In this document: in pieces, positions 44,856 to 54,965 of the stretch | Layout of the letters: the number at the start of each line of letters is the position of its first letter | Position numbering within the stretch: the stretch's first letter is position 1 | DNA from: an uncultured archaeon | GTDB taxonomy: Archaea; Asgardarchaeota; Thorarchaeia; Thorarchaeales; Thorarchaeaceae | Assembly: GCA_964631415.1 (NCBI GenBank) | Contig: CAZVZC010000005.1 | Span: 2,018-66,017, forward strand | DNA length: 64,000 nt | Direction: 5' to 3' | The notes under the pieces: model-generated | The model's input: only the letters and a program-made list of their open reading frames with translations | What the model was told of the DNA's origin: nothing | Databases searched by the model: none | Translations under genes and position numbers: made by a program

Positions 44856-46679
44856 CTAGAGGACTGTTACTGATTTGGCAAGGTTGCGTGGCTTGTCAGG
44901 ATCGTATCCTTTCCTCAATGCAACATAGTAGCTGAACAGCTGAAGGGGCACAACAAAGGGTATCGTTGAGAACTCTGGTTCCACACCTGTCTGTATCTCG
45001 AAGTACTGACTGGAGAGACCGCAGATTTCCTCGTCCCCTCTCTCAGCAACAGAAAGTATCGATGCGCCTCTCGCCTTCATCTCCATGATATTTCCAATCA
45101 TACGGCTCCTAGTCCCATCTCTAGGTACTACGAAGACCACCGGATAGCTGTCTTGGACCAGCGCAATAGGACCGTGCTTAGATTCACCAGCAGAATACCC
45201 CTCTGCATGATTGTACGCTATCTCCTTCAGCTTCAAGGCTCCCTCTTTCGCAGTTGCTACTGAAACACCACGGCCCAGAAAGAGGAAGCTTGGCCTGTCA
45301 TAGTAGGTCGCGGCCAAAGTACGAGCACGTTCTTCATTCCTAGCTATGGTTTCAGAAACAATCTCGGGCAGCCTGAATAGACCTGCTCTCTTTTGAATGA
45401 TAACATCATTCTCAATGAACTGCGTGGTTTCAGCCAAGGCTAAGGCAATTTGGGCTAAAGCTGTCAATTGTACCAAGAACGTCTTCGTTGCAGCCACGCC
45501 GATTTCCGGCCCGGCCTGTGTGATGACTGAGTAGTCAGCGGTCTGTGTTATGGAGCTTCCGACAACGTTTGTGATTGCAATGACTTTAGCTCCGAAACGC
45601 TTGGCATACTTGGCTGCCGAAATAGTGTCTGTCGTTTCTCCCGATTGAGTTATTGCAATCACGCAATCACGTGCAGACAGTCTGCCATAGACCGTATCAG
45701 AGAAGTCACTTGCAAGCTCTGGTACGGGGAGTATCCCTGCTAGTGAACCGAACATGTGCTGTCCTGCTACAGCCGCATGGCCCGACGTACCCATAGCGAT
45801 CATATACACCCTGTCCGCATCGCGGATCATCTCCGCTGCTTCGGCAATGACCTCTCTGCGAATTCTGAGAGTGTTCTTCACTGCGTCAGGCTGCTCATGT
45901 ATCTCCTTGAGCATGAAATGGGGAAAACCCCCCTTCTGAGCTTGATCCGCAGTCCAACTGACCTTGATTGCTTCGCGCTGTACCTTGGTCGCATCTGAGA
46001 TCTTCTCTATCTCGACACCGTCTGCTGACAATGTCGCTATCTCACCATCTAGAAGGAGTATCATCTTGTTGGTCATGGGCAGAAAGGCCGGGATGTCTGA
46101 ACTGATGTAGTGTACGCTCTCTTCCTCTCCGATGACAAGAGGGTTGCCGTCCCGCATTGCACACATCTTGTCGGGTTCTCTCGTTGTCATAGCCACTACT
46201 GCATAAGTCCCCTCTATTCGTAATGCCACCTTCTTCATCGCAGTCTTGAGATCTTGACCCTGGTTCATGAATTCCTCAATCATGTGAGGGATGACTTCTG
46301 TATCGGTGTCAGAGCTGAAGACGTGGCCTCTTGCGCTGAGCTCACTCCTGAGTTCGAGGAAATTGTCAATCACGCCGTTATGTACTACAGCTATCTGGTT
46401 ATTGCAGTCAAAGTGTGGATGCGAGTTCAACATAGAGGGTATGCCATGAGTCGCCCATCTCGTGTGTCCAATTCCCATAGACCCCGGCAGATCGTCAAGG
46501 TTGAGCTTTCTATGCACCTCGTCAATGCTTCCTCTCTCCTTCTTCATGTAGAGATGACCGTCTGCAACTGTCGTTATCCCAACGGAGTCATAACCCCTGT
46601 ATTCGAGTCGTTTGAGTGCTTGGTGAAGAAAAGGAGCCACATCACCCCGTTTCTGCACGACGCCTATTATCCCGCACAC
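44856..46679 (-). CDS. glmS: Glutamine--fructose-6-phosphate aminotransferase (isomerising)
   Basis: MCGIIGV N-terminal nucleophile, two SIS domains and the C-terminal ...NLAKSVTVL. 607 aa. Confidence 0.95.
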   Translation of the reverse strand: MCGIIGVVQKRGDVAPFLHQALKRLEYRGYDSVGITTVADGHLYMKKERGSIDEVHRKLNLDDLPGSMGIGHTRWATHGIPSMLNSHPHFDCNNQIAVVHNGVIDNFLELRSELSARGHVFSSDTDTEVIPHMIEEFMNQGQDLKTAMKKVALRIEGTYAVVAMTTREPDKMCAMRDGNPLVIGEEESVHYISSDIPAFLPMTNKMILLLDGEIATLSADGVEIEKISDATKVQREAIKVSWTADQAQKGGFPHFMLKEIHEQPDAVKNTLRIRREVIAEAAEMIRDADRVYMIAMGTSGHAAVAGQHMFGSLAGILPVPELASDFSDTVYGRLSARDCVIAITQSGETTDTISAAKYAKRFGAKVIAITNVVGSSITQTADYSVITQAGPEIGVAATKTFLVQLTALAQIALALAETTQFIENDVIIQKRAGLFRLPEIVSETIARNEERARTLAATYYDRPSFLFLGRGVSVATAKEGALKLKEIAYNHAEGYSAGESKHGPIALVQDSYPVVFVVPRDGTRSRMIGNIMEMKARGASILSVAERGDEEICGLSSQYFEIQTGVEPEFSTIPFVVPLQLFSYYVALRKGYDPDKPRNLAKSVTVL

Positions 46680-46765
46680 AGTAGGAACCTCCGTCGGGTG
46701 TTCTCACACTTGAGCAGTGCCTAGTCACCTCTGAGGGGTAAGACCTGAGATAAGCATTGGGACGG

Positions 46766-47077
46766 CTAACCTGTGAGTTCAATCTCAATGTACACAGAAT
46801 CCGGTATCTTCACACGCATTATCTGCCGGATGGCGCGCTCGTCTGCATCGATGTCAATCAGCCGCTTGTGAATCCTCATTTCCCATTTGTCCCAAGACTC
46901 AGAACCCTGTCCACACGGAGTCTTTCTTGTCGGAACAATCATCCGACGCGTGGGTAGGGGAATTGGACCTGCCATCCTAACGCCTGTCTTGTGGGTGATT
47001 CGCTTAATCTGATTGCATACACCATCAAGGTACTCAGTGTTGGTACTTGATAGTCGAATCCTAGCTCTCTGAGTCAT
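46766..47077 (-). CDS. rps10: 30S ribosomal protein S10 (uS10)
   Basis: 103 aa: [42 protein letters not shown]...RIHKRLIDI. Confidence 0.9.
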   Translation of the reverse strand: MTQRARIRLSSTNTEYLDGVCNQIKRITHKTGVRMAGPIPLPTRRMIVPTRKTPCGQGSESWDKWEMRIHKRLIDIDADERAIRQIMRVKIPDSVYIEIELTG

Positions 47078-47301
47078 ACCGGCGTCAACCCCGCATTAGG
47101 AGGCTTCCGCAACAGCGACTTTCGATTGGGATAAAAACATTGTCTTGTGTGTGGCTGAAACGTTGCCAACGAACAGTCTATGAGCGCGATGCCGACTGCC
47201 GACCAAGCATAGTCGCCGGGCAGATGCATGATTGCTTGATGCTGTTAGATTCTTTCATGTCTAAGCGTGTAGTTGTGTACAAAGAAAGAGAATCTCCATA
47301 A

Positions 47302-48132
47302 GTGGGAGCCATCACAAACGCCTCTTGGGTGCACGTATTGGATAGCCTGACTGTAGTCAAACTCGGTGGTTCGGTCATTACTCACAAGGATTCCAGTCCG
47401 CCGATGGTAAACACTGAAGCAATCCTACGCATAGTTCGAGAGTTGAAAGCCCGCAGAGGTAAACTGATTGTTGTACTCGGCGGCGGGGCATATGGTCATC
47501 AGCCAGCCTATCTATACGGTTTTGGTGATCCAAGCACTCCCAAGGAACGTCTGCTAGCAGGTGTTCCGGTAATTCGCCACAACATGACTCTCCTCTCACT
47601 CGAAGTTGAGAAAGCAATGCAGGATGTAAGCATTCCTAGAGTCGTATTTTCGCCTTTCTCATCCAGTCTGTTGCACAACGGCTCAATAGTGGCCTTTCCG
47701 ACAGGTCTCATTCAGAGGGCTCTGGAAGCGGGACTGATAGTCATGACACATGGTGATGTGTGCTTCGACGACATTACAGGCGCCTCAATCCTCAGTGGTG
47801 ACACCATTCTAGTCTATCTTGCAAAAGCGCTGGGCGCTAAGTCTATCTACGTCGGCACAGACGTCGACGGCGTATTCGAAGGAGATCCAAAGGAAGATCA
47901 TGCTGCAAAACTCGTTCCGGTTATCAACAAGTCCAACAAGCAGCGCGTACTACTAGGTGTAGGTTCATCAAGGGCTAAGGACGTCACGGGTGGCATGGCG
48001 AGGAAGGTGGGTGAGCTAATGGAGCTTGAGGATAGCAAACCTGAGATTGCAATCTTCAATCTATGTATTCCCGGGCGCCTAGAGTCACTACTATCTGGCA
48101 AACCAGTAGTTTGCACAAGAATCACTTTCTGA
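47302..48132 (+). CDS. Isopentenyl phosphate kinase (amino-acid-kinase fold)
   Basis: VVKLGGSVITHKD, VLGGGAYGH, THGDVCFD, ILSGDTI, GTDVDGVFEGDP and KDVTGGMARKV. GTG start. Confidence 0.8.
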   Translation: MGAITNASWVHVLDSLTVVKLGGSVITHKDSSPPMVNTEAILRIVRELKARRGKLIVVLGGGAYGHQPAYLYGFGDPSTPKERLLAGVPVIRHNMTLLSLEVEKAMQDVSIPRVVFSPFSSSLLHNGSIVAFPTGLIQRALEAGLIVMTHGDVCFDDITGASILSGDTILVYLAKALGAKSIYVGTDVDGVFEGDPKEDHAAKLVPVINKSNKQRVLLGVGSSRAKDVTGGMARKVGELMELEDSKPEIAIFNLCIPGRLESLLSGKPVVCTRITF

Positions 48133-48199
48133 TAAATGGAAGGAAGTAGATGGTTCGACAGAAGTAAGTTCCTGCACAATCACCCCTGATTCACAGTCA

Positions 48200-51100
48200 T
48201 CACTTTCCATCACATCCTATGACTGCCTGGGCCTCCTCAAATTCGTAGGCCACGAGGTTTGGAGGTTTTACAGCATCTTCATTCAGATATTCTGCGGCTG
48301 TCAATACACACACTGTCTGGGTGGACTTGCAGACGTTACAGACCGGGTCGTTGACAGACTGCAGAAGTGCATTGAGTTCCTGCTGGCTCGGAAAGACAAT
48401 GTACGACTTCCTATCGGCACAGAGGTTGTAGTGACCATGATTTCGCAAAACCCGATCACTTGATTTGACAAGCTCTGCTTCAAGAGCCGCCACAGCCCTC
48501 TCCCTCAGCTCTACAATCTTTGAACCGCTGACGGCCCAAAGCCCTTCTTCGAGGTCCTGAAACACTTCCTTGTCCTTCACTCTCAATGCAACCAGCTTCT
48601 CATCCACCAGTAGCTCAGTCAGTGCCCGTCTTCCCTCATCTTCACTCATAGGAATCGATCTGCTTCTGACAGACTGGATTGCCGTTGTCTGGATGAAATC
48701 CAAGAGCGTGTTCCACCGAACTTGGCCCCCTGACAATTCCACAAAGTCTTGAATCGTTCCGAACCACAAACGCGTCTGAACTGCAGAAGCCGAAGATGGA
48801 ATCTGCTCATGCATCACGTTTCTCAGATGCCTATCCACAGGCCTGTCGACCATATCAACAGTGCTGATCTCGCTTCGTCCGTCCGCATGTTTCTTCCTTC
48901 TCTTGAGCTGGGCTTGTACCATGCTCTCGAGAGAGCTTGGAAACGCAGACACGACAGTGACAGAGTCGAAGTCTTCACTGGCATCCATAAGTTCTCTCAA
49001 ACGTGTGGCGGCAACACTTCCTCTTACAACGACGTAGAGCTCAGCAATTCCATTTCCCAAGCAATTCATACGATGTCGAATCCAGTCAAGCGTGCTCTCC
49101 ATTGACGAAGCTTTCAAATGCTCAGGGATTATCACTACTGCCTTATCCTCTATCACAATATCTGGCTCATCAGTAGACGTCTTTTCGGAAGTGGCCATCT
49201 TTCCAAGTGCCTTCAATATGTGCTGGGCGATGGCCTGCCTTACAGCCTCTAATCCCTTCCCGGGCAGTGTGAACAAGAAACCTCCAGAAACCAACGGCAG
49301 CGACTCCCGTTCGATTGTTCCCAGACAAATAAGGTCGTGAATCAACTCCGTTGTGTCCTCGTTTCTGATTCGTGGGTCTAATGTCGTCAGGAAATGCTGC
49401 AGTTCATCATCTGTAGCAGCCCTCTGTGATGCAAGAAATGCAACAACCCTATTTGCCAGTTCACCGAGCCTATCAAACACCAAGCACTGATGTACGTTCT
49501 CCTCTGAAGCACCCAACTCAGTTCCAGCGGCTTCTGACGCAGACGCGGGCAATACCGGGTATCTCTCCACACCACTGTGCTCATCACTCATGCTGTCCGC
49601 TACTGAATCGGTGACATCTGAAAGCTGATCATCTGGTGATAAACGGGACTGTGGTATCACGCTGAATCGTGTTGTGACAATCTCAAAGGTTTCCGTCTGA
49701 GGCGTGACAATAAGTGCTCTTCCAACTTTCAGTATCCTAAGATAGCGCTCCTGCTCCTCGTTTAGGGACATGAACCTGCCCCCAACCGAGCTGTCGTATG
49801 GTAGTCGGAAAGTGATTTTTGTTGACGTGTTGGCCAGAATGTTGGAAGAAATGTTAGGCCTAGTTGAAACTACGATAACACCCTGTCCAGTTGCTCGCTG
49901 TAACATGACCATAGATTCACCAGTGGTAACGTCCGCAGCGGACTGTCGCGTATAGCTCTCCGGCACAAGGTTGCTTGCCTCTTCCAAGACGACAACATGT
50001 ACAAGTTCGGGGGTGATGCCACGGCGCATCGCACCATCGAAGATGCGCTTTGCAACGAGATTGTAAAGCAACCGCGCCGCATCCATCCCACCAACCCTTG
50101 CGACATATCGTAGGTCGAATATGACTCGCCTGTCAAGTAGAGCTGACATCTTAACAGCATTAGGTCCTCCGCAGAGTATCGATCCAAGTGGTTCACGCGA
50201 GAGTATCTCAAGGCGATTTAGCAGTGCATCTCTTGTCAGGCTTCCTGTGCGGTCATTGCCCGCAAGTTCATTAACTGTGTCAATCAATGCATCTACTGAG
50301 TTGCCCCGCCTGTCTTCCCTAGCAACCTTCAGAACAGACTCCCTTAGCAGCTTCTCCATTGCAGGCGAGAGTTCGGTTGATGTTCCCATCTCCTTAAGCA
50401 GTTCTCTGAGGATGGCGAATGTTGTGTATGCGTGTCTTTCACCTGTGTCCACTTCTGGGTCCATCATGTCTATCACAAAAGAGGGATCCAATCCCGGGCG
50501 CAGAATCATGACTTCGTCGTTAATATCCACGAGGTCACTGTACTCTGACCCCTTAACGTCAAAGATCCACCATGGCACATTGGTCTTGAGAGTCAATTCG
50601 GCCATCAGGTGTTTCACCAGAGTTGTCTTTCCCGTTCCCGTGGCTCCCATGACAGCAACATGCTCTCTCAGCCACTCCTTCTTCAAACCCACTCTGTTGA
50701 GCTGTCGTCCTCCATAGACGGTCCATCCAATGAAGAGTTCATTGTCGACTAGCTCTCTTGCCGGGACTGGGAAGCTAGGTGTCTGTATGGCAGAAACAAC
50801 TGGCACACTCTGCACTGGAGTGTTCACGAACGCGGCAAGTCTACCCACATGCAGTTTCCGGGGTTTGAAATGGCGTCTTGTAAGCAGTTTCCAAGCCATG
50901 CCTGTACCGACCCTCATGTCCCTTACGAGGACACGACTATCCCCACCCCAAATGGATATGGCAAGTCCCATCACCCCCTCCTGAGCCATCTTCAACTGAG
51001 TTGCGCTTGGGGCGCTCACAACGACATATACAGTTGAGTTGAACCAGCTTTCATTGCCCTGCACTTGTTCGTACTGATCCAAGAGGTTTTTTTTCGCGGC

Positions 51101-52024
51101 TTGATCGACCAGCGAGTCCTCTCGCTTTCGCTCTCTCTCGCGAATGGATCTCCACTGACCCTCCATTTTCCTTCTCTCTCTGCCAGGTTTGGCACTGGAG
51201 AAGACACAGGTCAGACTCAAAGAAAACCCCTGTTTCAACGCGGTGGACAGGAAAGTGCCAACTTGCGATGATGAAGGTGAGGGTGCCACTCTAGGGGCAC
51301 CAGTGAACACCATTAGCGATTTCTGGAGGTCGGCTTCACCGTGCAATCGACTCTCCAGCATTCCTTCCTCGACAACGGATTCGGCCGCTTTTCCCAGAGC
51401 ATCGCCCCTCAATTGATGTAGTTCAAGATTGACTAGAGACGCCAGAAGGATTGCCTCTGTTCTCGTCGCCTCTCTCCTCAGGACTTGCATCATTTCTTCC
51501 AAGTGGCGACCGGTCATACTAATGAAAAACCTCAGAAACGGTTCTCCCTTAGCTAGTCCGGCCTCATATGCCACCGTGACTCTGTGATCCATACCTGCGC
51601 GTAGAGCCAATAGCATCGCCGTATTGTACTTAGGTTTGTCATCGGGTCCACACTCCACCGATCCTGGTGCAGATGTGATTTCAAGACAGCACATCGCAAT
51701 CAAACGGTTTCCTAGACAGACTACAAGGAACTCATCTTGCACTGAGGATGATATGCCTTCAACAAGAGTTCCTAGACATGCCAAGACTGCTCCTGCAGAG
51801 ATTGGCACTCCACAGACCAGAATCTCTACCAGAAGTTTCGACGGAACAGTGGGCTGTTCGATGAAACCGGCTAGTGGAAGCATGTAGACCACAATCAGAT
51901 ACAGGGCACATGCCACTGCTCCAAACGCATAGACTGTTCTAATCCAATGCCCACAATTCAACATGATTCTATCTGCGATGTTTCTCCTGTTGTTTCCGGG
52001 TGTGCTAGTGCTCATCATAAGCAA
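48200..52024 (-). CDS. Giant (1274 aa) membrane-anchored HerA/FtsK/VirB4-class P-loop ATPase with an uncharacterised C-terminal half
   Basis: N-terminal hydrophobic helices (VYAFGAVACALYLIVVYMLPLAGFI, LLVEILVCGVPISAGAVLACLGTLV). Central DUF87/HerA-type motifs: HVAVMGATGTGKTTLVKHL (Walker A), WWIFDVKGSEY and HVVVLEEASNLVP (Walker B). About 480 C-terminal residues carry no recognisable catalytic motif, only wHTH-like stretches. Confidence 0.75.
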   Translation of the reverse strand: MLMMSTSTPGNNRRNIADRIMLNCGHWIRTVYAFGAVACALYLIVVYMLPLAGFIEQPTVPSKLLVEILVCGVPISAGAVLACLGTLVEGISSSVQDEFLVVCLGNRLIAMCCLEITSAPGSVECGPDDKPKYNTAMLLALRAGMDHRVTVAYEAGLAKGEPFLRFFISMTGRHLEEMMQVLRREATRTEAILLASLVNLELHQLRGDALGKAAESVVEEGMLESRLHGEADLQKSLMVFTGAPRVAPSPSSSQVGTFLSTALKQGFSLSLTCVFSSAKPGRERRKMEGQWRSIRERERKREDSLVDQAAKKNLLDQYEQVQGNESWFNSTVYVVVSAPSATQLKMAQEGVMGLAISIWGGDSRVLVRDMRVGTGMAWKLLTRRHFKPRKLHVGRLAAFVNTPVQSVPVVSAIQTPSFPVPARELVDNELFIGWTVYGGRQLNRVGLKKEWLREHVAVMGATGTGKTTLVKHLMAELTLKTNVPWWIFDVKGSEYSDLVDINDEVMILRPGLDPSFVIDMMDPEVDTGERHAYTTFAILRELLKEMGTSTELSPAMEKLLRESVLKVAREDRRGNSVDALIDTVNELAGNDRTGSLTRDALLNRLEILSREPLGSILCGGPNAVKMSALLDRRVIFDLRYVARVGGMDAARLLYNLVAKRIFDGAMRRGITPELVHVVVLEEASNLVPESYTRQSAADVTTGESMVMLQRATGQGVIVVSTRPNISSNILANTSTKITFRLPYDSSVGGRFMSLNEEQERYLRILKVGRALIVTPQTETFEIVTTRFSVIPQSRLSPDDQLSDVTDSVADSMSDEHSGVERYPVLPASASEAAGTELGASEENVHQCLVFDRLGELANRVVAFLASQRAATDDELQHFLTTLDPRIRNEDTTELIHDLICLGTIERESLPLVSGGFLFTLPGKGLEAVRQAIAQHILKALGKMATSEKTSTDEPDIVIEDKAVVIIPEHLKASSMESTLDWIRHRMNCLGNGIAELYVVVRGSVAATRLRELMDASEDFDSVTVVSAFPSSLESMVQAQLKRRKKHADGRSEISTVDMVDRPVDRHLRNVMHEQIPSSASAVQTRLWFGTIQDFVELSGGQVRWNTLLDFIQTTAIQSVRSRSIPMSEDEGRRALTELLVDEKLVALRVKDKEVFQDLEEGLWAVSGSKIVELRERAVAALEAELVKSSDRVLRNHGHYNLCADRKSYIVFPSQQELNALLQSVNDPVCNVCKSTQTVCVLTAAEYLNEDAVKPPNLVAYEFEEAQAVIGCDGK

Positions 52025-52421
52025 ACTTCACGACCGCGCCACACTGTCGAATCATGATTCATCTGGGAATGCCAATTCCAAACACCCTGTGCCAGTGTCT
52101 GCAATTTGAACTCCCCCGCGACTCTTCCTCTGTCGACACATTGGCGTTCAGTTTTCAAGTGTTGTGACTAACTGGAGTCGCTGTTCCGTTGGTCACGTGA
52201 ACAGATTGGAGATGGCTAGTTTGCAATGGTTCTAGGAGGTTAAAAGACACGCTCCACTAACGAGAAAGCAGTGGATTGGATGAGAAACAGAGCCGTTTCC
52301 GAACAGGACATTGCCAGTTCAAGCGACGGACCAGTAATATCAATCCGATTCGTCAGAGGTACGCCCCGGACTCGATTGGGACCAAGGGGGCAAGACGACA
52401 AACCCTCCTGAGGCATGCTCA

Positions 52422-54386
52422 ATGAGGAATGAGTCTGTTCTTATTGGAGCTGCATTTGCCCTGATGCTCTTCATGTTTGTAGCCTGCACAGAAACAGCGT
52501 CTGCAGAAGAAGCGTCTATCTGTCGGGGTGACGTTGCAACCATCACCATTATCTTGCTCCAGAATGGCACCTATGGAAACCCTGTTTCCAACCAACCTGT
52601 GGAATTCTTCGATCAGACCCTTGATGTGTTCTTGGGTTTGGCCCTGACTGGTGTGGACGGGCACGCCCAGTTCGAATGGTCGCTACCATTAGACCATCCC
52701 CTTGGGCCGACCATCATTAATGCCACCTATCGTGGTAACGAAACCCTAGCACTCGCTCCTTCATTCCAATGGACATCGATTACTGTTCTCTCCCCAACAG
52801 AAATGGATATTCGAGTCGAACGGAGCGTTATCTTTCCCGGGGATGTCCTGCCATTCACAGTCCTACTCTTGAACGATATGGACCTTCCACTGCCGTATGC
52901 ACAACTCACTGTGTTTTGCAACAGAATGCCAGTCGTGTCCGGGGTAACGAACTCGTCCGGTTGGGCCCGGTTCACTGTACAGTGCAACGACTCATGGGCT
53001 TGTCTTGGAGAGAATGAAATCCGGGTTGTCTATGAACGAAACCTGACAGCCTTCAACGAGGCGGTAGCAGAGTCATTCATGATCACGATTGAGCAAGTTT
53101 CCACAAGCATCGAAGTTGCAGAGCCCCCTCCGGAGTCGTATGGGCTCAATGATACTCTGCTTACAGATTTCATTCTAAAGTCCGACGATGGAACACTACC
53201 TGGGGCCAGACTTCAAGTTTCTCTGGACGGAGTTTCTCTTGCTGTTGTCTTGACTGATGAATCTGGTACGGCATATGTGTGCCTAATCATAGACGCCAGA
53301 TTCAGTCTAGGTCCTCATACATTGACCATCGAATATCCGGGCAGTTCCCGATACGCTTCATGTTCACGTGAGATATATGTCACCGTTTCAAGCATTGCAA
53401 CTATTCAAGTCACTCTTCAAGAGCCTGTCATTATCAACACAGACAGCAACATCACCATTGAAATCGGGGATCTGTTCGGCCGTCCGATACCGAATGCTAC
53501 CGTCATTCTACGGGACCTAGTTAGCAACGAAACCCTTGCCAATGCTGTCCCTGCTGGCAAGACCTCTGTAGGCTTCAGCCTCCGCATTGTAGGAAGAAGC
53601 GGAGCTAGGAGCTTTCTTGTCCGCATTATTGGAAACGAGCACATCATGAACAGGACTTATGCATTCAGTGCCTTTGTGTGGTCTCGTCCTGACTTGATAC
53701 TAGTCAGAAGCACCATCAGGGGGTATGCTTCCCCCAATCAGCTGGTAACACTCGAGGTCAAGCTATGCGACTCCCAAATGGCCTACACTGGCACACTTGT
53801 GGAAGCTTGTATAGACAATACAACAGTCGTTTCCCGTGCATTCACGAATAGTTCTGGCCTTGCGGTCATTCAGATCAAAGCTCCGCAGCTTGAAGGTCCG
53901 TTCGATACATGGATTGTCTACCGAGGCAATCTGACTGCCTTTAGAATGTCTAATGCTCTGCACTATAGTTTCATCGTTAGCAGAACAGTCCCACTGGCGA
54001 TTGAACTGTACCACTACGCAGTCATTTTGCCACTGCAACAGCTCGAGGTTGTCTTAATGGCTTGTGCTCTCAATGGATCCTTGCTAGAGGGGGTGACAAT
54101 AAACTATGAATGGCTTTCCGTTCGAGGAAGCGCAGAGAGCACGCATGGTGGCTTGTCCCAACTGTACCTGCCAGTACCTGGATATCCGGGTTCGTTCAAT
54201 CTCTCCTACTGGACCGAATCCTCTTCATACATACTCTCATGTATCGGACACTTCGTCATCAATCTGAATGGAACTGAAGTTGCAGCGGCTCAAGGTGTCG
54301 GCATCACTGGTATGACAGCAAGCATATGCGTTTCACTAACACTGGTGGCTATACCAATCATCAGAAAGAGGTACCTGCTGGACTGA
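52422..54386 (+). CDS. Large secreted/surface protein with repeated Ig-like (beta-sandwich) modules and a C-terminal transmembrane anchor
   Basis: 654 aa. Signal-like N-terminus LIGAAFALMLFMFVACTETASA. Repeated modules follow the pattern G.P..NA.V......TNSSG.A....Y.GN. There are many N-x-S/T sequons. The C-terminus is GITGMTASICVSLTLVAIPIIRKRYLLD. Confidence 0.65.
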   Translation: MRNESVLIGAAFALMLFMFVACTETASAEEASICRGDVATITIILLQNGTYGNPVSNQPVEFFDQTLDVFLGLALTGVDGHAQFEWSLPLDHPLGPTIINATYRGNETLALAPSFQWTSITVLSPTEMDIRVERSVIFPGDVLPFTVLLLNDMDLPLPYAQLTVFCNRMPVVSGVTNSSGWARFTVQCNDSWACLGENEIRVVYERNLTAFNEAVAESFMITIEQVSTSIEVAEPPPESYGLNDTLLTDFILKSDDGTLPGARLQVSLDGVSLAVVLTDESGTAYVCLIIDARFSLGPHTLTIEYPGSSRYASCSREIYVTVSSIATIQVTLQEPVIINTDSNITIEIGDLFGRPIPNATVILRDLVSNETLANAVPAGKTSVGFSLRIVGRSGARSFLVRIIGNEHIMNRTYAFSAFVWSRPDLILVRSTIRGYASPNQLVTLEVKLCDSQMAYTGTLVEACIDNTTVVSRAFTNSSGLAVIQIKAPQLEGPFDTWIVYRGNLTAFRMSNALHYSFIVSRTVPLAIELYHYAVILPLQQLEVVLMACALNGSLLEGVTINYEWLSVRGSAESTHGGLSQLYLPVPGYPGSFNLSYWTESSSYILSCIGHFVINLNGTEVAAAQGVGITGMTASICVSLTLVAIPIIRKRYLLD

Positions 54387-54397
54387 AATCCCAATGG

Positions 54398-54504
54398 TGC
54401 TCCGGCCGGGATTCGAACCCGGGTCTGGGGATCGAGAGTCCCCAATGCTGGGCCGGACTACATTCGGCCGCACAACGAATCTGACTCGGTGCGTCTACCG
54501 GAGC
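54398..54504 (-). tRNA. tRNA-Glu (anticodon CTC) with a 32-nt intron between positions 10 and 11
   Basis: Minus strand. Acceptor GCTCCGG/CCGGAGC. Anticodon arm GGGGA-CTCTCGA-TCCCC. 4-nt variable loop. T arm CCGGG-TTCGAAT-CCCGG. The intron is 54463-54494. The BHB is central helix CGGT:GCCG, bulges AG|A and AA|T, distal helix CGCAC/GTGCG. The spliced D arm is GTG-TAGTCCGGCCCAG-CAT, typical of tRNA-Glu. CCA is encoded. Confidence 0.8.
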
Positions 54505-54758
54505 TTGGGCTGTGCCAGCCCGGAGCGGGCCATCACCCTCTACGAAGCAAATAAGGCTTTCTCTGCAAAGACGCGGTATTTTCGATTTGAGAGGGATGCT
54601 GGCAAAGAACTACGGTCTATCATTGAGCGAACCATGGATGGTTTCAGAGCACCAGCCACGTTTCCGATTCGTTTCAACCTGGCTTGCTCACTTTCAATGA
54701 CAGCCGATTGAATCCAAACATTCAAGCGGCCTCGATCTGCTTACCGTGACTGGGTGTA

Positions 54759-54965
54759 TCATGGACCGAATAGCTGGGTGAGACTACTCCAGCTGTCTTG
54801 GAGGAGCTGAAGCAGACTGCTCACAACACCTTGTGCCCATCCTGTTGCCTCGAGGATGACTGCTATTATGATGGAAACAGTGACCACAGCTAGACCAAGA
54901 AGCAGGCTCTCCTCTACCAAGGGTCCTCCAATCTCATTGTTCTTCAGCTCAGTCTGCTTCGTCAT
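54759..54965 (-). CDS. Small protein with a class-III-signal-peptide-like (archaeal pilin/Flp-like) N-terminus
   Basis: 68 aa: MTKQTELKNNEIG|GPLVEESLLLGLAVVTVSIIIAVIL... It has a short polar leader, Gly at -1, Glu at +5 and then a hydrophobic helix. It lacks the usual K/R at -2. It lies downstream of, and co-oriented with, the secretion-type ATPase. Confidence 0.35.
   Translation of the reverse strand: MTKQTELKNNEIGGPLVEESLLLGLAVVTVSIIIAVILEATGWAQGVVSSLLQLLQDSWSSLTQLFGP

Noticed and set aside
54398-54504. tRNA-Glu as attachment site of an integrated element covering the ATPase/surface-protein locus
   Set aside because: I could not find a duplicated copy of the tRNA 3' half at the candidate borders (about 48.1-48.2 kb, 56.9-57.0 kb or 61-62.4 kb). 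No integrase is present.
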